Origin: an uncultured virus (IMG/VR IMGVR_UViG_3300036836_000008)
Lineage: Duplodnaviria > Heunggongvirae > Uroviricota > Caudoviricetes
Length of the DNA: 64,000 bases
Virus record (IMG/VR): IMGVR_UViG_3300036836_000008
Reading direction: 5' to 3' (one strand)
The notes under the pieces were generated by a model. That model was not told the DNA's origin and did not search any database. It saw only the letters and a program-made list of their open reading frames with translations. Positions 8,757 to 18,750 of the stretch are shown in pieces; the stretch's first letter is position 1; every line of letters begins with the position of its first letter. The position numbers and the translations under genes were made by a program.

Positions 8757-9986
8757 TCAACACAAGCCAGAAAAGGATGCAACCATCTGAGGGATGGTAG
8801 CAATAGCTAAGGTTTCCTCATCTTTAAGTAAAATGGGAGACTTATTGGTCTTGCTATCTTGCCCCAGCATGAATACGCATTCAGGCTGAGTGTATACTTG
8901 CAGCATCTGAGCTAGGTGAATAAGATTAATTACAATATTTCTAGGCTTTCCGCCCCATGAACAACCAATACTCACTTCACTTTTACTAACAGCATTTCTA
9001 GTAACTAATGTAAGACTGTCTGAATTCAACATAATGCCGATGGCATTGCTGGTTGAATCTACAGAAGTCTTGATCTGCTTCAGAGCTGTAATCAGTTCAT
9101 TGCGATTTACTTCTAGCTTCTGATCGTTAGCCAATGCTGGACGTAACCATAACTGCTCAACGTTAGGATATGGATCAAGCATTTTATTGATAAACAGCAC
9201 AGTATTCTGTAGCTTGAACACAAGCCGATTCTGAGTTTCGCCGATTTCAAGAATTTCCTGATCACTTCCGGCTAGCATCTTTGTCAAAATGCTGATGCTG
9301 TTAGCAGGTATTTTCATGTTAAGTCGAAACTCTGGAATTCTAACTTGCTGAAAGCGAGATCCATCACAAACAGTAAACTTTCCACCCTTGATGTTTATCA
9401 TCTTCAAGCTGGAAACACCTGAGTAATCTCTATTAGGAAGTGCATACTTTACTGTAGAAACAGCTTCCGCAAATGCTTCCCTATTGACTGCATGAAATGT
9501 GATGTCAGAAATATCATCCATCACAGGGAAATCTGTTCCTGAAGTCATGCGCAATTCAGTACTGAAGCTGCCAGCTACGATAGTCAAACCTGTAGCAGTA
9601 ACTTCTACAAAAATAGTTTCGCCAGCATTAGTTTCCTTGATAACATTAAGGAATGTCCTCGCAGAAAAAACATCAGTTCCTACAGATTTCACATCTACTT
9701 GTGCAGTAGACACAACCATAGAGACATAGCTGTTGCTGGCTACTATTTCAAGTTCATCTTCTCGTAAATTGAATTGAAAATTCGTAAGTACTGGAATAAT
9801 ATCACGAGTAGGTACTACAGGCATCACCTTATTCAATAGATGCAGCAGCACCTCTCGGGTGATTTCAAATGAGATACCAGAAACCTCGGAACTTGTCAAA
9901 GTGCTGGTACTTACTGTTGGCTGGAAAGCAGGTTTGACGGTATCTGTTGCGTCTAACCAGTTTAGTACATCGATATCGTCTACCAC
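8757..9986 (-). CDS. dnaN: DNA polymerase III beta sliding clamp
   Basis: IPVLTN, DFP, CDGSR, YPNVEQL motifs in three-domain beta-clamp spacing. Confidence 0.85.
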   Translation of the reverse strand: MVDDIDVLNWLDATDTVKPAFQPTVSTSTLTSSEVSGISFEITREVLLHLLNKVMPVVPTRDIIPVLTNFQFNLREDELEIVASNSYVSMVVSTAQVDVKSVGTDVFSARTFLNVIKETNAGETIFVEVTATGLTIVAGSFSTELRMTSGTDFPVMDDISDITFHAVNREAFAEAVSTVKYALPNRDYSGVSSLKMINIKGGKFTVCDGSRFQQVRIPEFRLNMKIPANSISILTKMLAGSDQEILEIGETQNRLVFKLQNTVLFINKMLDPYPNVEQLWLRPALANDQKLEVNRNELITALKQIKTSVDSTSNAIGIMLNSDSLTLVTRNAVSKSEVSIGCSWGGKPRNIVINLIHLAQMLQVYTQPECVFMLGQDSKTNKSPILLKDEETLAIATIPQMVASFSGLC

Positions 9987-9995
9987 TGCCTACTC

Positions 9996-10235
9996 CTATT
10001 CAATCTCATCGAGCATCGCGGTAATCGTAGCTAGCTCTTGTTGGTACTTGTCTTGTAGTTCCGCTAGCATAGCATGCGCATCCGCTAGGTTGTCAAGACC
10101 AAACTTATCCTTCAATTCTGCCATAGCATCAGCGTAAGTCTTCTCAGCAGATTCCTTCAATGCCTGGCTGCGTGCACGATCAATACGAATACGCTCTACG
10201 CGGCTCTTGACTTCTGTAATTTCATCAGTACTCAA
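9996..10235 (-). CDS. small coiled-coil protein
   Basis: 79 aa, heptad-rich. Confidence 0.6.
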   Translation of the reverse strand: MSTDEITEVKSRVERIRIDRARSQALKESAEKTYADAMAELKDKFGLDNLADAHAMLAELQDKYQQELATITAMLDEIE

Positions 10236-10449
10236 AGAACACCAGTTTCTTCTTGATTGACAATCACTCTACTTGGGCCGTCAGGACATACTTTACATAC
10301 AGTACTCCAGCCTATACCGCCAGCAACACAAAGGTGTGCTTCCATTAAGCGATAATGTCCACATTCCAATGTGATACGCATCTTCCTTTTAGGATGTTCA
10401 AATCTCGCTGCTGCATCTACTTCGGCATAAAGTTGCTTTAAATACTCAT

Positions 10450-11280
10450 TCACTTGTTGAAACCCCAACCTTGCTTGTTGAATTTTTTACAAGAGTGAGC
10501 GACCTCGCAGAATGAGCAGCCTGCATTATCACTCTTCGGCTCGAAATTTTCATCCCACACATCGCGCATCATACTAGAGATTCGACCCCACATTTCTGCA
10601 CGCATCTCATTGGTGAATTCAAACTCCTTAACCTGAGTTTGGCAAAGAGGCTGAATAAATCCACACTTCTTAGGTGGTTTGCCGAACATAGCAAGAATGA
10701 CCAGATCGTAGAATACGAGCTGTCCTAAGCTCTTCTTCCAGTATTCTTCATCTGCTGTAGTCTTCAAGTCCCATACGATAAAGTTTCCATCGTTATCACG
10801 TACAAGTAGGTCGAATTCACCACGTAAGATAATTTCTTCTACCTGACCTGTCTTTGGATTCTGAATCTTGACAGGCTCGTAGAACCACTTGCCAGGCTCA
10901 TAATCATAAGGAAGTATACGAGTCTCCAGAATTGGCTGTAAAGCCTTTAATGCTTCCACGCAGGTAGTGCGAATATAGGATCTGTCATTCTCGTGACGCC
11001 ATTTGATGACATCACTTTCCTGAGCTTCTTTCACAGACTTCTCAAAATGCTCATCCAGTAAATCTGTCATGTCGCCTGAAGGGTTTTCCAGCCAGGCTTT
11101 TTGCACAGAGTCCACTACAGTACCTGCAAGAAAGTTTCGCACATCTCTGCCAGGAATGGATAGCTTTTTGCTGACTAAGTATTGCTTTTGCTTACACAAT
11201 TCGAAGCGCTGAAGAGAACTCCAACTTAATTTATATCTGTCATCTGTCATTTTAGTCCTTAATTTGAGCTGATCACTCAA
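10450..11280 (-). CDS. PD-(D/E)XK Cas4/RecB-like exonuclease
   Basis: LSWSSL..FELC, GEFD...DLKT, QL.FY, C-terminal CxxC-x5-C. Confidence 0.85.
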   Translation of the reverse strand: MSDQLKLRTKMTDDRYKLSWSSLQRFELCKQKQYLVSKKLSIPGRDVRNFLAGTVVDSVQKAWLENPSGDMTDLLDEHFEKSVKEAQESDVIKWRHENDRSYIRTTCVEALKALQPILETRILPYDYEPGKWFYEPVKIQNPKTGQVEEIILRGEFDLLVRDNDGNFIVWDLKTTADEEYWKKSLGQLVFYDLVILAMFGKPPKKCGFIQPLCQTQVKEFEFTNEMRAEMWGRISSMMRDVWDENFEPKSDNAGCSFCEVAHSCKKFNKQGWGFNK

Positions 11281-11502
11281 TTATACCAGGACTATCGTAG
11301 CAGCTCAAGTCGCCTCTGATGGTACTTATTGCGGCAGTGCCCTTTTTCATAGATGTAAGCTGTGCGCTCATTCAAAAACGGCATGACAAAAGGGCACAGG
11401 CTACAAGAGAAAAAATACATATCATAATCACTATCTTTGAAAACGATTGTAAATGTAGTAGCCATGTGCCCTTCACCTACCTGAAGCTAAAGTTAAACTT
11501 TA

Positions 11503-12498
11503 CTATCCAACATCGGTTAGTAATGCCTCTACTGCTTGCTCGAAGTCTTTGCCCATGTTTAATTGTCTAATTTTAGCCATAACAGATTCTACTGATGTAA
11601 GTTCAATCGTAGTCTGGCCTACAGATGCAAGAAATTCATCTAGATGAATCTGTTTCTGCTTTTTCTCGGTAACCTCAGCTACTCGAAATACCTCACTAGC
11701 TGGACGTGCATCTAGTTCCTTGAATTCAAATCGCCCTGTGACGGAATCCCATATCGTATATCCGACAGGTCTGGTAAGGTTAGACTCTGTAAGTGATCCT
11801 CTTGACAATGCCCCATAGTTTGCAAATCGCACGCCGTTGACGACATACTCCCCATGCCAATCATGGATGTGACCATAAATGACTTGTACATTTGATTTTC
11901 CAAATGGGTTAACGTATCGAGAAAACTTTTCGACGGAGTAGTGTTCATAAGCTGGATTACTTCCTGGTGGAAAGAATGGTGCATGAGTTACGATGAGCTG
12001 CGGAGTATCTAGTGGCTGGAACTCTGACAGAGCTGACTTTACTGCTTGATCTGCTACAGACTGTTCAGCATCCCAAAACTGCTGCCAAGGTACTCCATAG
12101 ATAGGTAGGAAATTATTCAAGCCTCGTGGCAACTTCAAATACTTCTCAGCTCGTGTGACAGCACCAGAGGAATACATCAAACCTAAAGGTTGTCCCTGAT
12201 CCAAACTATCCAATCTATCGTTAAGCAGATCGTGATTACCAGGAACGATAAACACAGGAACAGGTGAGCAGTCTTTAGCCCAATTGATTGCTCGCTGAAC
12301 AAGAGCTAGAGAGTTAGCAGATGGAGCCTTGATATGAAAGAAATCCCCTAGCTGTACGATAGCGTCAACCTTACCCATGGTCTCAGCTCTAATCTGATAG
12401 AGCAAATCAAACAGATCATCAGTGTATGTTGCAGTACAGCTAGCGGGATGTCTATTGTCGTTAGTCAGGTGTACATCATTGATTAAAGCTACTCTCAC
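11503..12498 (-). CDS. SbcD/Mre11-like metallophosphoesterase nuclease
   Basis: DVH, GDFFH, GNHD, GHIH motifs. Confidence 0.85.
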   Translation of the reverse strand: MRVALINDVHLTNDNRHPASCTATYTDDLFDLLYQIRAETMGKVDAIVQLGDFFHIKAPSANSLALVQRAINWAKDCSPVPVFIVPGNHDLLNDRLDSLDQGQPLGLMYSSGAVTRAEKYLKLPRGLNNFLPIYGVPWQQFWDAEQSVADQAVKSALSEFQPLDTPQLIVTHAPFFPPGSNPAYEHYSVEKFSRYVNPFGKSNVQVIYGHIHDWHGEYVVNGVRFANYGALSRGSLTESNLTRPVGYTIWDSVTGRFEFKELDARPASEVFRVAEVTEKKQKQIHLDEFLASVGQTTIELTSVESVMAKIRQLNMGKDFEQAVEALLTDVG

Positions 12499-13123
12499 TC
12501 ATACTCCCTGAACTTGTTTCGTACCTCAGTCTCGGTCATGAAACCGGCGACAGTCTTGGCATAATCGTCAAGGTTTTCCTTTTCCAGTTCTTCAATCCTG
12601 GTATTAGCATGTTTGATAGCAGAATGCGTATCAAACTTAGCGCGAGGAATGCCACCAAGATTAGCACTATAATCTCCAGGAACTACAGCTGCCTTTTTTA
12701 ATAACTCTTCAGCAATCTTTAAATTGGTTACCGCATCCTTTAAGCACGTAAGACTTTCCTGAAGGTCTCGCTTAATGATAGTTAACAGCTTAGGATCTTC
12801 AGTCTGAGCCTTATTCCATCTACGGAAGTTTGTCATACTCAATTCCTGCCCTCATTCTCTCAGCATCATATTCAGTAAGAAATGCAGCCATATTACCTAC
12901 ATAAGCACTAGTCCCATTATCTTCACCCTCAAGGACATTGGTGTAGAACTTGATATACCAATTAGACCGATCAATCAAGCTCCAAATTTTAGTAGAGTCA
13001 AGACTAGTACTGTGTCTATAAAGCTTTCTAAGGTAAGGCAAAGACACTTGCATAGTAAAAAGTTCCTTCTCTATCAACTTACGCACCGCTGCTCGCAATA
13101 CAGGATCATTGCGGTAATCCTCA

Positions 13124-13429
13124 TTAGCTTTCATAAGGCTTTCCCTTCGTATGGATACTGATGATATCAAGAATAGCGTTTTCAGCAATACCTGTCTGCA
13201 TCAGCATACGAGCCTGTGTGAACCATCTTTCATGTGCCCAGCCTTCCCAAGTAGGCTTGGGATAGTTAGGAACATTCTCATATTCCCAAGTACATTGATC
13301 TGTGTGATCTAATGTACAAAATGCTGCATGAAGATGCACAGCAAACTTCTTAACTACAGCAAAGTCGTCCTTTTCTTGGCGATACTTGCCGTAGCCACTA
13401 GGATCTGGTGAGTAGTTACGAATAGTCAT
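13124..13429 (-). CDS. hypothetical protein, likely leaderless
   Basis: TGG-TAGGAT-N6-ATG; LH..FC...HTD.C.W.YE. Confidence 0.6.
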   Translation of the reverse strand: MTIRNYSPDPSGYGKYRQEKDDFAVVKKFAVHLHAAFCTLDHTDQCTWEYENVPNYPKPTWEGWAHERWFTQARMLMQTGIAENAILDIISIHTKGKPYES

Positions 13430-13444
13430 GACCTCATCCTACCA

Positions 13445-13490
13445 CAAAAAAGCAGATGGGGCCACCCCTGATACGGAGCAACCCCATCTG
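13445..13490 (-). terminator. intrinsic terminator
   Basis: CAGATGGGG/CCCCATCTG hairpin followed by T6 on minus strand. Confidence 0.6.
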
Positions 13491-13502
13491 TAGGAGAACT
13501 AA

Positions 13503-13886
13503 CTACTTCAGCATATCGACAATAAGCTTAGCCCACAGTTTTGCTTCTTTATCTTTTGTGTAGTGGATATCGTTATCCCATGGAACCATTTCTACTTCGT
13601 ACTCGTGTAATGTGAAGAATCTATGGATGCACGGAAGGAAATCCCATTGTTCACGTATTTCATCTAATGGGCGTTTACCTTCAATATCGATAGCAAAACC
13701 ATCAGAATCGATAACAAAAGCATGCCCCATGTAATCTTCTGATCCTGCTGGCAGATCACTGACCAATGCAATAGTCCAACCTGTCAGTTTGTGAATTTCC
13801 CATGCAAGTGCATTACATTGTCCGTGTGTGAAGTATTCGATAACATCAGCATCATCGGTAAACGTCACATAATCTTCCAGGATCAA
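13503..13886 (-). CDS. hypothetical phage protein
   Basis: FT.GQC..LA...HA...D..G pattern (possible transglutaminase/papain-like triad). Confidence 0.55.
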   Translation of the reverse strand: MILEDYVTFTDDADVIEYFTHGQCNALAWEIHKLTGWTIALVSDLPAGSEDYMGHAFVIDSDGFAIDIEGKRPLDEIREQWDFLPCIHRFFTLHEYEVEMVPWDNDIHYTKDKEAKLWAKLIVDMLK

Positions 13887-14010
13887 AATACATACACCTT
13901 AAACCACAGAACAACCAGAAGTATCCATACTAGCCAAAATACAATCATAGCCCATGCTGCACGAGGTCTAAGTTTATCTACTCTCTCTAATCTCTGTTGG
14001 ATCTCCCCGT

Positions 14011-14034
14011 GGGATACATACTTACCTACACTTC
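14011..14034 (+). repeat. dispersed 24-bp motif copy 1
   Basis: GGGATACATACTTACCTACACTTC. Confidence 0.85.
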
Positions 14035-14045
14035 GATAGCGTGGA

Positions 14046-14522
14046 TCAAACTCCATGAATAAACCTTTCTATAGCATCCATGTGCTCTGGACGTAGCCCT
14101 CTGTTAGCCTTAGGGCGAATCAACAAAACCCGGCCTGAAGCTTCCAGCTTATCTAATAAATCTCCGAATAAAGGGATCGCCTCGTCGTCTGCCCAAACAA
14201 GCCTGGAACCTGAATCAACAATTGCCTCAGCGGCTCTCTGCTTGTCTGTGATGCTCATAGGTGAGTCAGAGTATGAGTCGAAGTGAGGCAACCCCAAAAG
14301 CTTTTCGATAGCGTCGGTAGAGCCACACCATGTTGTCCCCCAGACGATCTCAATCTTGCCAGATTTGTGAAGATTCCACAACCTTTTCACAAGAGCTGGT
14401 GCCCAGCGAATCCTCCACCCATTACCCATAGCATAAGCTGTGCCTGAGTGTGGAGCTGATGACCATCCTGCCTTGCTGGCATTAAGTACTCCATCAACAT
14501 CTAACAGTAATATAGTCTTCAT
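14046..14522 (-). CDS. HAD-family phosphatase (RNA-repair-type HAD domain)
   Basis: LLLDVDGVLN, WGTTW, WADDE. Confidence 0.8.
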   Translation of the reverse strand: MKTILLLDVDGVLNASKAGWSSAPHSGTAYAMGNGWRIRWAPALVKRLWNLHKSGKIEIVWGTTWCGSTDAIEKLLGLPHFDSYSDSPMSITDKQRAAEAIVDSGSRLVWADDEAIPLFGDLLDKLEASGRVLLIRPKANRGLRPEHMDAIERFIHGV

Positions 14523-14542
14523 AGCCGAAGTGTATCACAACA

Positions 14543-14579
14543 AAGACGGTCCTGACCATAGTTGATCAGGACCGTCTTT
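14543..14579. terminator. hairpin/terminator
   Basis: AAAGACGGTCCTGA/TCAGGACCGTCTTT inverted repeat. Confidence 0.55.
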
Positions 14580-14587
14580 ATATTAAT

Positions 14588-14977
14588 TTAGCAAGGTAGG
14601 TCGCGTCTGGTAGGATCAGCGATAGAACTTACTCTATTCGCCCAATCAGCACCTGATGCACGACGATTAGGCTGCATGTATCGATGCCAGCCTGACAAAT
14701 AGCAGTTAGCGTTATCGAAGATAACAATATCTCTGCTAGTACGATTCCAGAAAGAATTCGCCCAATTGTCATAGTTAGCTGGTAGATCGATGCCACCTTC
14801 TGCACGAATAACTGCAAGCTGGTAAGCTACAAATGAGCCTGAAGCGTCGTTGTTATTCCACATGCAGAAAAAGCCTGATGCACACTGATTCCATGTAGCA
14901 TGTGCTGGACTTGCTACGAATAAGGAACCTACAACTGCTAGTAATGAAACTACCAGAGTTGCAATCCATCTTTTCAT
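14588..14977 (-). CDS. secreted peptidase inhibitor family I36-like protein
   Basis: signal peptide (PAHA), CASGFFCMW...G, NWANSFWNRT, NRVSSI; TAATG-coupled to upstream gene. Confidence 0.7.
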   Translation of the reverse strand: MKRWIATLVVSLLAVVGSLFVASPAHATWNQCASGFFCMWNNNDASGSFVAYQLAVIRAEGGIDLPANYDNWANSFWNRTSRDIVIFDNANCYLSGWHRYMQPNRRASGADWANRVSSIADPTRRDLPC

Positions 14978-16050
14978 TAACATCCTCCTACAGTACCTGG
15001 CTTAGTTGGACCATTAGCTGCTGCGAATCCAGGTCCACCGACATTGAAGTATCGACGGTTACCTGGACCTGAGTCTGCGATACCCTCAATAGCCTTTACA
15101 TCATATGCACCTGGCATATCAGGTTCAAATGCTGGATCACTTGCTGGATCTGGAGTCATGTTTACTACAGACTTAGGAAGACCTGCAAACTCGATATCAC
15201 CAATACGTGATCCAGAAGCCGGGTATGGTCCGTTAGTATTAGTTGCTAAATTACCGTTGCCCATATCAGTACATGGGTAGCCATCAAGTTGAGGGTTAAC
15301 TACAGGATCATACTTACTAGCAACTTCACCGAAAACCTGAGTTAGGCCAATTGTCCAATTGGGATCTGCTGTTGCAGCCCAATTGGAACGAGCGAAATGG
15401 CCGATCCATTGAACTGGCTGTGTCCCATAGCACGGAGTTGCCCATAGCATCATATCTCGGGTAGTCGCATTTTCACGAATGCCCATGCGGAATGAGCATC
15501 CCGCAGGAGAATCTGCTAAGGTGTCCTTCAGATCCAATGAACTACCATAATCAGTCCAACCACAAGATCCTGTTGTTCCATCAGGATAGCAAGTAGCTAC
15601 ACCATCTTTCCAGTGGTAGCCAAAAAGACAAGGAGTTGTCAATTGTCCACACCAGAGACCCTTACCCCAACCAATTTCTACCTGTTGCTTACCATCAGCA
15701 GAACGGGTACTAATCTCCATTAGAGAATGGTATTCTTGAGGGGCCTTGTAGATGTTGCGGATTGTAAATCCTGCATTGACGCCTAATGTTCCAGTAGGAA
15801 CAAACTGGTAAGTATCGCCCCAGTATCGGTAAGTGTCTCCGGGCTGAATTGCATCATCAGCAAAAGAAGATGCCTTGCCGCCAATTGGTGGAGGTGGGAA
15901 CTTGATTAATCCATCTGTTCCTCGTGGAGCATTATCAACTGCTGCGGCGATAGGTACAAAAGTATCTGCTTGAGCTGGGCCAGCTACAGCCACAGCGCCT
16001 GTAAATATTACAATAGCTGCCGTGGCGACACCAACAATTCGTCTGATCAT
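14977..16050 (-). CDS. secreted neprosin-family (glutamic) peptidase
   Basis: signal peptide, HSLMEI, QVEIGW, LFGYHW..G..TCY, QVFGEV, CTDMGNG. Confidence 0.75.
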   Translation of the reverse strand: MIRRIVGVATAAIVIFTGAVAVAGPAQADTFVPIAAAVDNAPRGTDGLIKFPPPPIGGKASSFADDAIQPGDTYRYWGDTYQFVPTGTLGVNAGFTIRNIYKAPQEYHSLMEISTRSADGKQQVEIGWGKGLWCGQLTTPCLFGYHWKDGVATCYPDGTTGSCGWTDYGSSLDLKDTLADSPAGCSFRMGIRENATTRDMMLWATPCYGTQPVQWIGHFARSNWAATADPNWTIGLTQVFGEVASKYDPVVNPQLDGYPCTDMGNGNLATNTNGPYPASGSRIGDIEFAGLPKSVVNMTPDPASDPAFEPDMPGAYDVKAIEGIADSGPGNRRYFNVGGPGFAAANGPTKPGTVGGC

Positions 16051-16278
16051 AAGATCTCCGTTCTGATTACATGAAAAAAGGCAGAAGCTTTTACACTCCT
16101 GCCTTCACCTATATAGGTCTTATCGACCCTTTTCCTCTGGATCGATGTTGCGATCCTTAGGCTTGTTCTGATCCTTAGGACCGTAGTTCTTAGCCCCAGA
16201 ATTCTTCTTCTTAGCTGCTTCACGTGCCTTGTCGTTGTCAGCCAAAATAATTCTCCTAGAATCTATTTACACATTAAG

Positions 16279-16353
16279 GGTGAGTAGGGGGAATCGAACC
16301 CAACCTCCAGCGGAGTCACAATCCACTATGCTAACCGTTACAACATACCCACC
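16279..16353 (-). tRNA. tRNA-His(GTG)
   Basis: GTGGA-TTGTGAC-TCCGC, G-1 present. Confidence 0.85.
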
Positions 16354-16354
16354 A

Positions 16355-16439
16355 TGGAGAATAGTAGCAGGACTCGAACCTGCATGAGGAGTAAGCACCC
16401 TACCTCGCTAACGTCTGTCGATTTCGCCATACTATTCTC
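16355..16439 (-). ncRNA. anticodon-less tRNA-like RNA ending in CCA
   Basis: 8-10 bp acceptor, Leu-like D arm, irregular single arm, GCAGG-TTCGAGT-CCTGC. Confidence 0.6.
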
Positions 16440-16565
16440 TTTCGCAATTCTACGAGTATCGATCCTCATATTTTTGCTACTACTAAGTCTAAGATGCTGG
16501 CATTTATTTGTGTATTCATACCCATCAGTTAATCGTTTCAGATACCTACTGATGTCTTAGACAAG

Positions 16566-16638
16566 TCGGGAAGCCGGGATTTGAACCCGGGCCTGAGCCT
16601 TCCAAAGGCCCCCGTCTACCTGACTAACGTACCTCCCG
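16566..16638 (-). tRNA. tRNA-Pro(TGG)
   Basis: C1, GGGCC-TTTGGAA-GGCTC. Confidence 0.8.
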
Positions 16639-16977
16639 AATGTGCGAAGCGTTTCGTCGCCTAGACCCAATGGTTCGGCTAGCAGCTATTATGCTCCGCA
16701 GTCCTGCTGTTAGGACTGTATTACCAGTTTCTTATCGTGGTGCCTTACTGTTACATGTTTGGCACAGAATTTGTTATCAGGATTGTCCTTTACTTTTTTC
16801 TGTGGTCGCCAGCATGAGTGTTCCTTGCAAACATTCTTCTTCATGTAAAACTGATTTGAGTCTGGGCATCAGTTAAGCCACCAGTTATTTTTATTGTTGG
16901 CAGAATCACCCGCTATCTGCCGCTGTGCACACACGCCTCCCTGACCTACATGCACTCCCATTCTATTATACAATATG

Positions 16978-17052
16978 TCTGGGTAGAGGGATTTGAACCC
17001 CCGGCCTCAGCACCCCAAATGCCGCGCGCTGACCAAACTGCGCTATACCCAG
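16978..17052 (-). tRNA. tRNA-Pro(TGG)
   Basis: canonical cloverleaf, CGGCA-TTTGGGG-TGCTG. Confidence 0.9.
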
Positions 17053-17055
17053 ATA

Positions 17056-17170
17056 TAACATCCCTAGAGTCGATAGTTTCCACACAGTCTATCGCTTCTT
17101 CACAACAGCTTCCCTAACAGTGTGGAAGTTAGGTACTGGCAGCGCCGGGTCTTTCACCCGAAGGATGTTA
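17056..17170 (-). ncRNA. kissing-loop structured RNA
   Basis: TAACATCC/GGATGTTA closing, CGGG-TGAAAGA-CCCG, loops TTCCACAC and GTGTGGAA. Confidence 0.6.
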
Positions 17171-17179
17171 AGCTTTACA

Positions 17180-17256
17180 CACAGAGCGTGCTTACCATTA
17201 CACTAAACAGGTCACCCTCAAGGCCCTGCATCCGTACTTACCGGCTCTTCTCTGTG
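17180..17256 (-). ncRNA. circularly permuted tRNA-like RNA
   Basis: CACAGAG/CTCTGTG terminal stem; canonical D arm at 3' side. Confidence 0.45.
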
Positions 17257-17268
17257 CTTCTACGTTCT

Positions 17269-17298
17269 ATCTTACCCTACCTTAGGAGGATCTGTCAA
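17269..17298 (-). promoter_or_regulatory. sigma70-type promoter
   Basis: TTGACA-N18-TAAGAT. Confidence 0.55.
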
Positions 17299-17512
17299 GC
17301 GAAGATGCCAGTCAACTTGTTAGCTATGTAGGTATCCAACTCACTTTGAGACATCTCTGCGGTAGGAGGATAGTCTAGATAAGTAACTACCTTACCGTTG
17401 AAATATATGGTAAGTCTCTTACCTGTCACATTACCGTTCTCAAGAATTTCAACGAAATCTGCTGTAATCATTGCAATTCCTCCTATAAATATCAACTTAT
17501 AAATTGAATCGG

Positions 17513-18157
17513 TCAGAAGGAATTACATTCTCCACCGTTGGCACATACAAGCATACCGATATGGGTGTAGTAATTCAGCAAAGAGAACAGCAAGAAGAAT
17601 CCACCAGAAATCTTCCACATAACACTTGCCAGCATAGCTCCCCAAGGCTTATCTGAAAACCATACAGCCATGGTTCCTATAGCAGCAGCCAGGTATACCA
17701 GACCAAATGTAGTATTCTCCCAGCCCTTGAATTGCCCTGTAATAGGTTCAATATCAGGAGCATCACCTACTAGGTTGAATCTGAAGATTGCCATGGAAAT
17801 AGCAAACAACATAACACCTAGTACAGCAATCAACCCGCGAACTGGCTTCCAATCAATAAGGACTGTGTATCCTGCTGGAGTCATATTCAACCCTCGACTT
17901 AGGAAATATCCTGCAATGACTGCAAGTACACCTAGAAGTAAACTAGGCTCAGCAAATGCGATGTTGATAGGTGGATTAACATGTAGCGGCCATGTTACTG
18001 CCATCATAAAAGATAAAACAGTAAGTGGAATACCCGCTACCAGCAGAGCAATTCCATGCCCTATCAGACGTTGAGTTTTGTACTTAAGAATTACACTAGA
18101 CATTGTTAGAATAACAATTCCAGCTAGCACACCCATCAAGGTGTTGTACAGAATCAT
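17513..18157 (-). CDS. DUF981-like multi-pass membrane protein
   Basis: YNTLMG, TWPL...NIAFAEP, YYTHIG; about 6 TM segments. Confidence 0.6.
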   Translation of the reverse strand: MILYNTLMGVLAGIVILTMSSVILKYKTQRLIGHGIALLVAGIPLTVLSFMMAVTWPLHVNPPINIAFAEPSLLLGVLAVIAGYFLSRGLNMTPAGYTVLIDWKPVRGLIAVLGVMLFAISMAIFRFNLVGDAPDIEPITGQFKGWENTTFGLVYLAAAIGTMAVWFSDKPWGAMLASVMWKISGGFFLLFSLLNYYTHIGMLVCANGGECNSF

Positions 18158-18530
18158 ATATAACCTCCTATATCTTGCAGGAAGCTATATCGGTTAGCGC
18201 CAATTTTCTACGATGAATCTGGCACGAAATGCCGGAGGTAGCTTAAGTACAGCTCTATTTGCCTTAGAATTAAGTTCATAATACTTAGGCGTAGGTTCCT
18301 TACTCTTCGTGGCTCGCTGTCCGTACATATACCGGTTAAGTTTATCGCATGCTGCCTGAGCAGCCGCAATATCCTTATCTAGCTTAGCGAGTTTTGATCC
18401 GATACTCATTGTTATCTCCAACATCTAGGGCAAGCACAATCCTGGCGCTTACCTGTCTGTTTGCGAATACAAGCGTCATGTCTGTTTAGTGAACAGGGCC
18501 AACAATAGTTTATTGCAAACATAATGAATT

Positions 18531-18749
18531 TCATGGTGCGATACCTGTATCCCAAGAATAGTGGTTATCTTCATCTTCAGGGTCACCTTCGTATGCAGAA
18601 ACCCAGTTTTCATACTCATCGCCTGTTAGTGCGCGAACCATCTGATCGATAGTCCAAGTCTTGTGATGAACACTATCAACCTGCCCCCAATTATATGCAA
18701 CTTGGAGTGCAGTTTCGATACGCTCAACCATATCATCATTACTTAACAT
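18531..18749 (-). CDS. hypothetical protein starting at tRNA-like 3' end
   Basis: GQVD..HHKTW.IDQMVRAL, WD.GIAP. Confidence 0.65.
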   Translation of the reverse strand: MLSNDDMVERIETALQVAYNWGQVDSVHHKTWTIDQMVRALTGDEYENWVSAYEGDPEDEDNHYSWDTGIAP

Positions 18750-18750
18750 G

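Noticed and set aside
10450..11280. Cas4-like gene suggesting CRISPR
   Set aside because: No repeat-spacer array or other cas genes; solo phage exonuclease
14018..14027. ATACTTACCT identical to the U1 snRNA 5' end
   Set aside because: Coincidental 10-mer in a phage; no U1 structure follows
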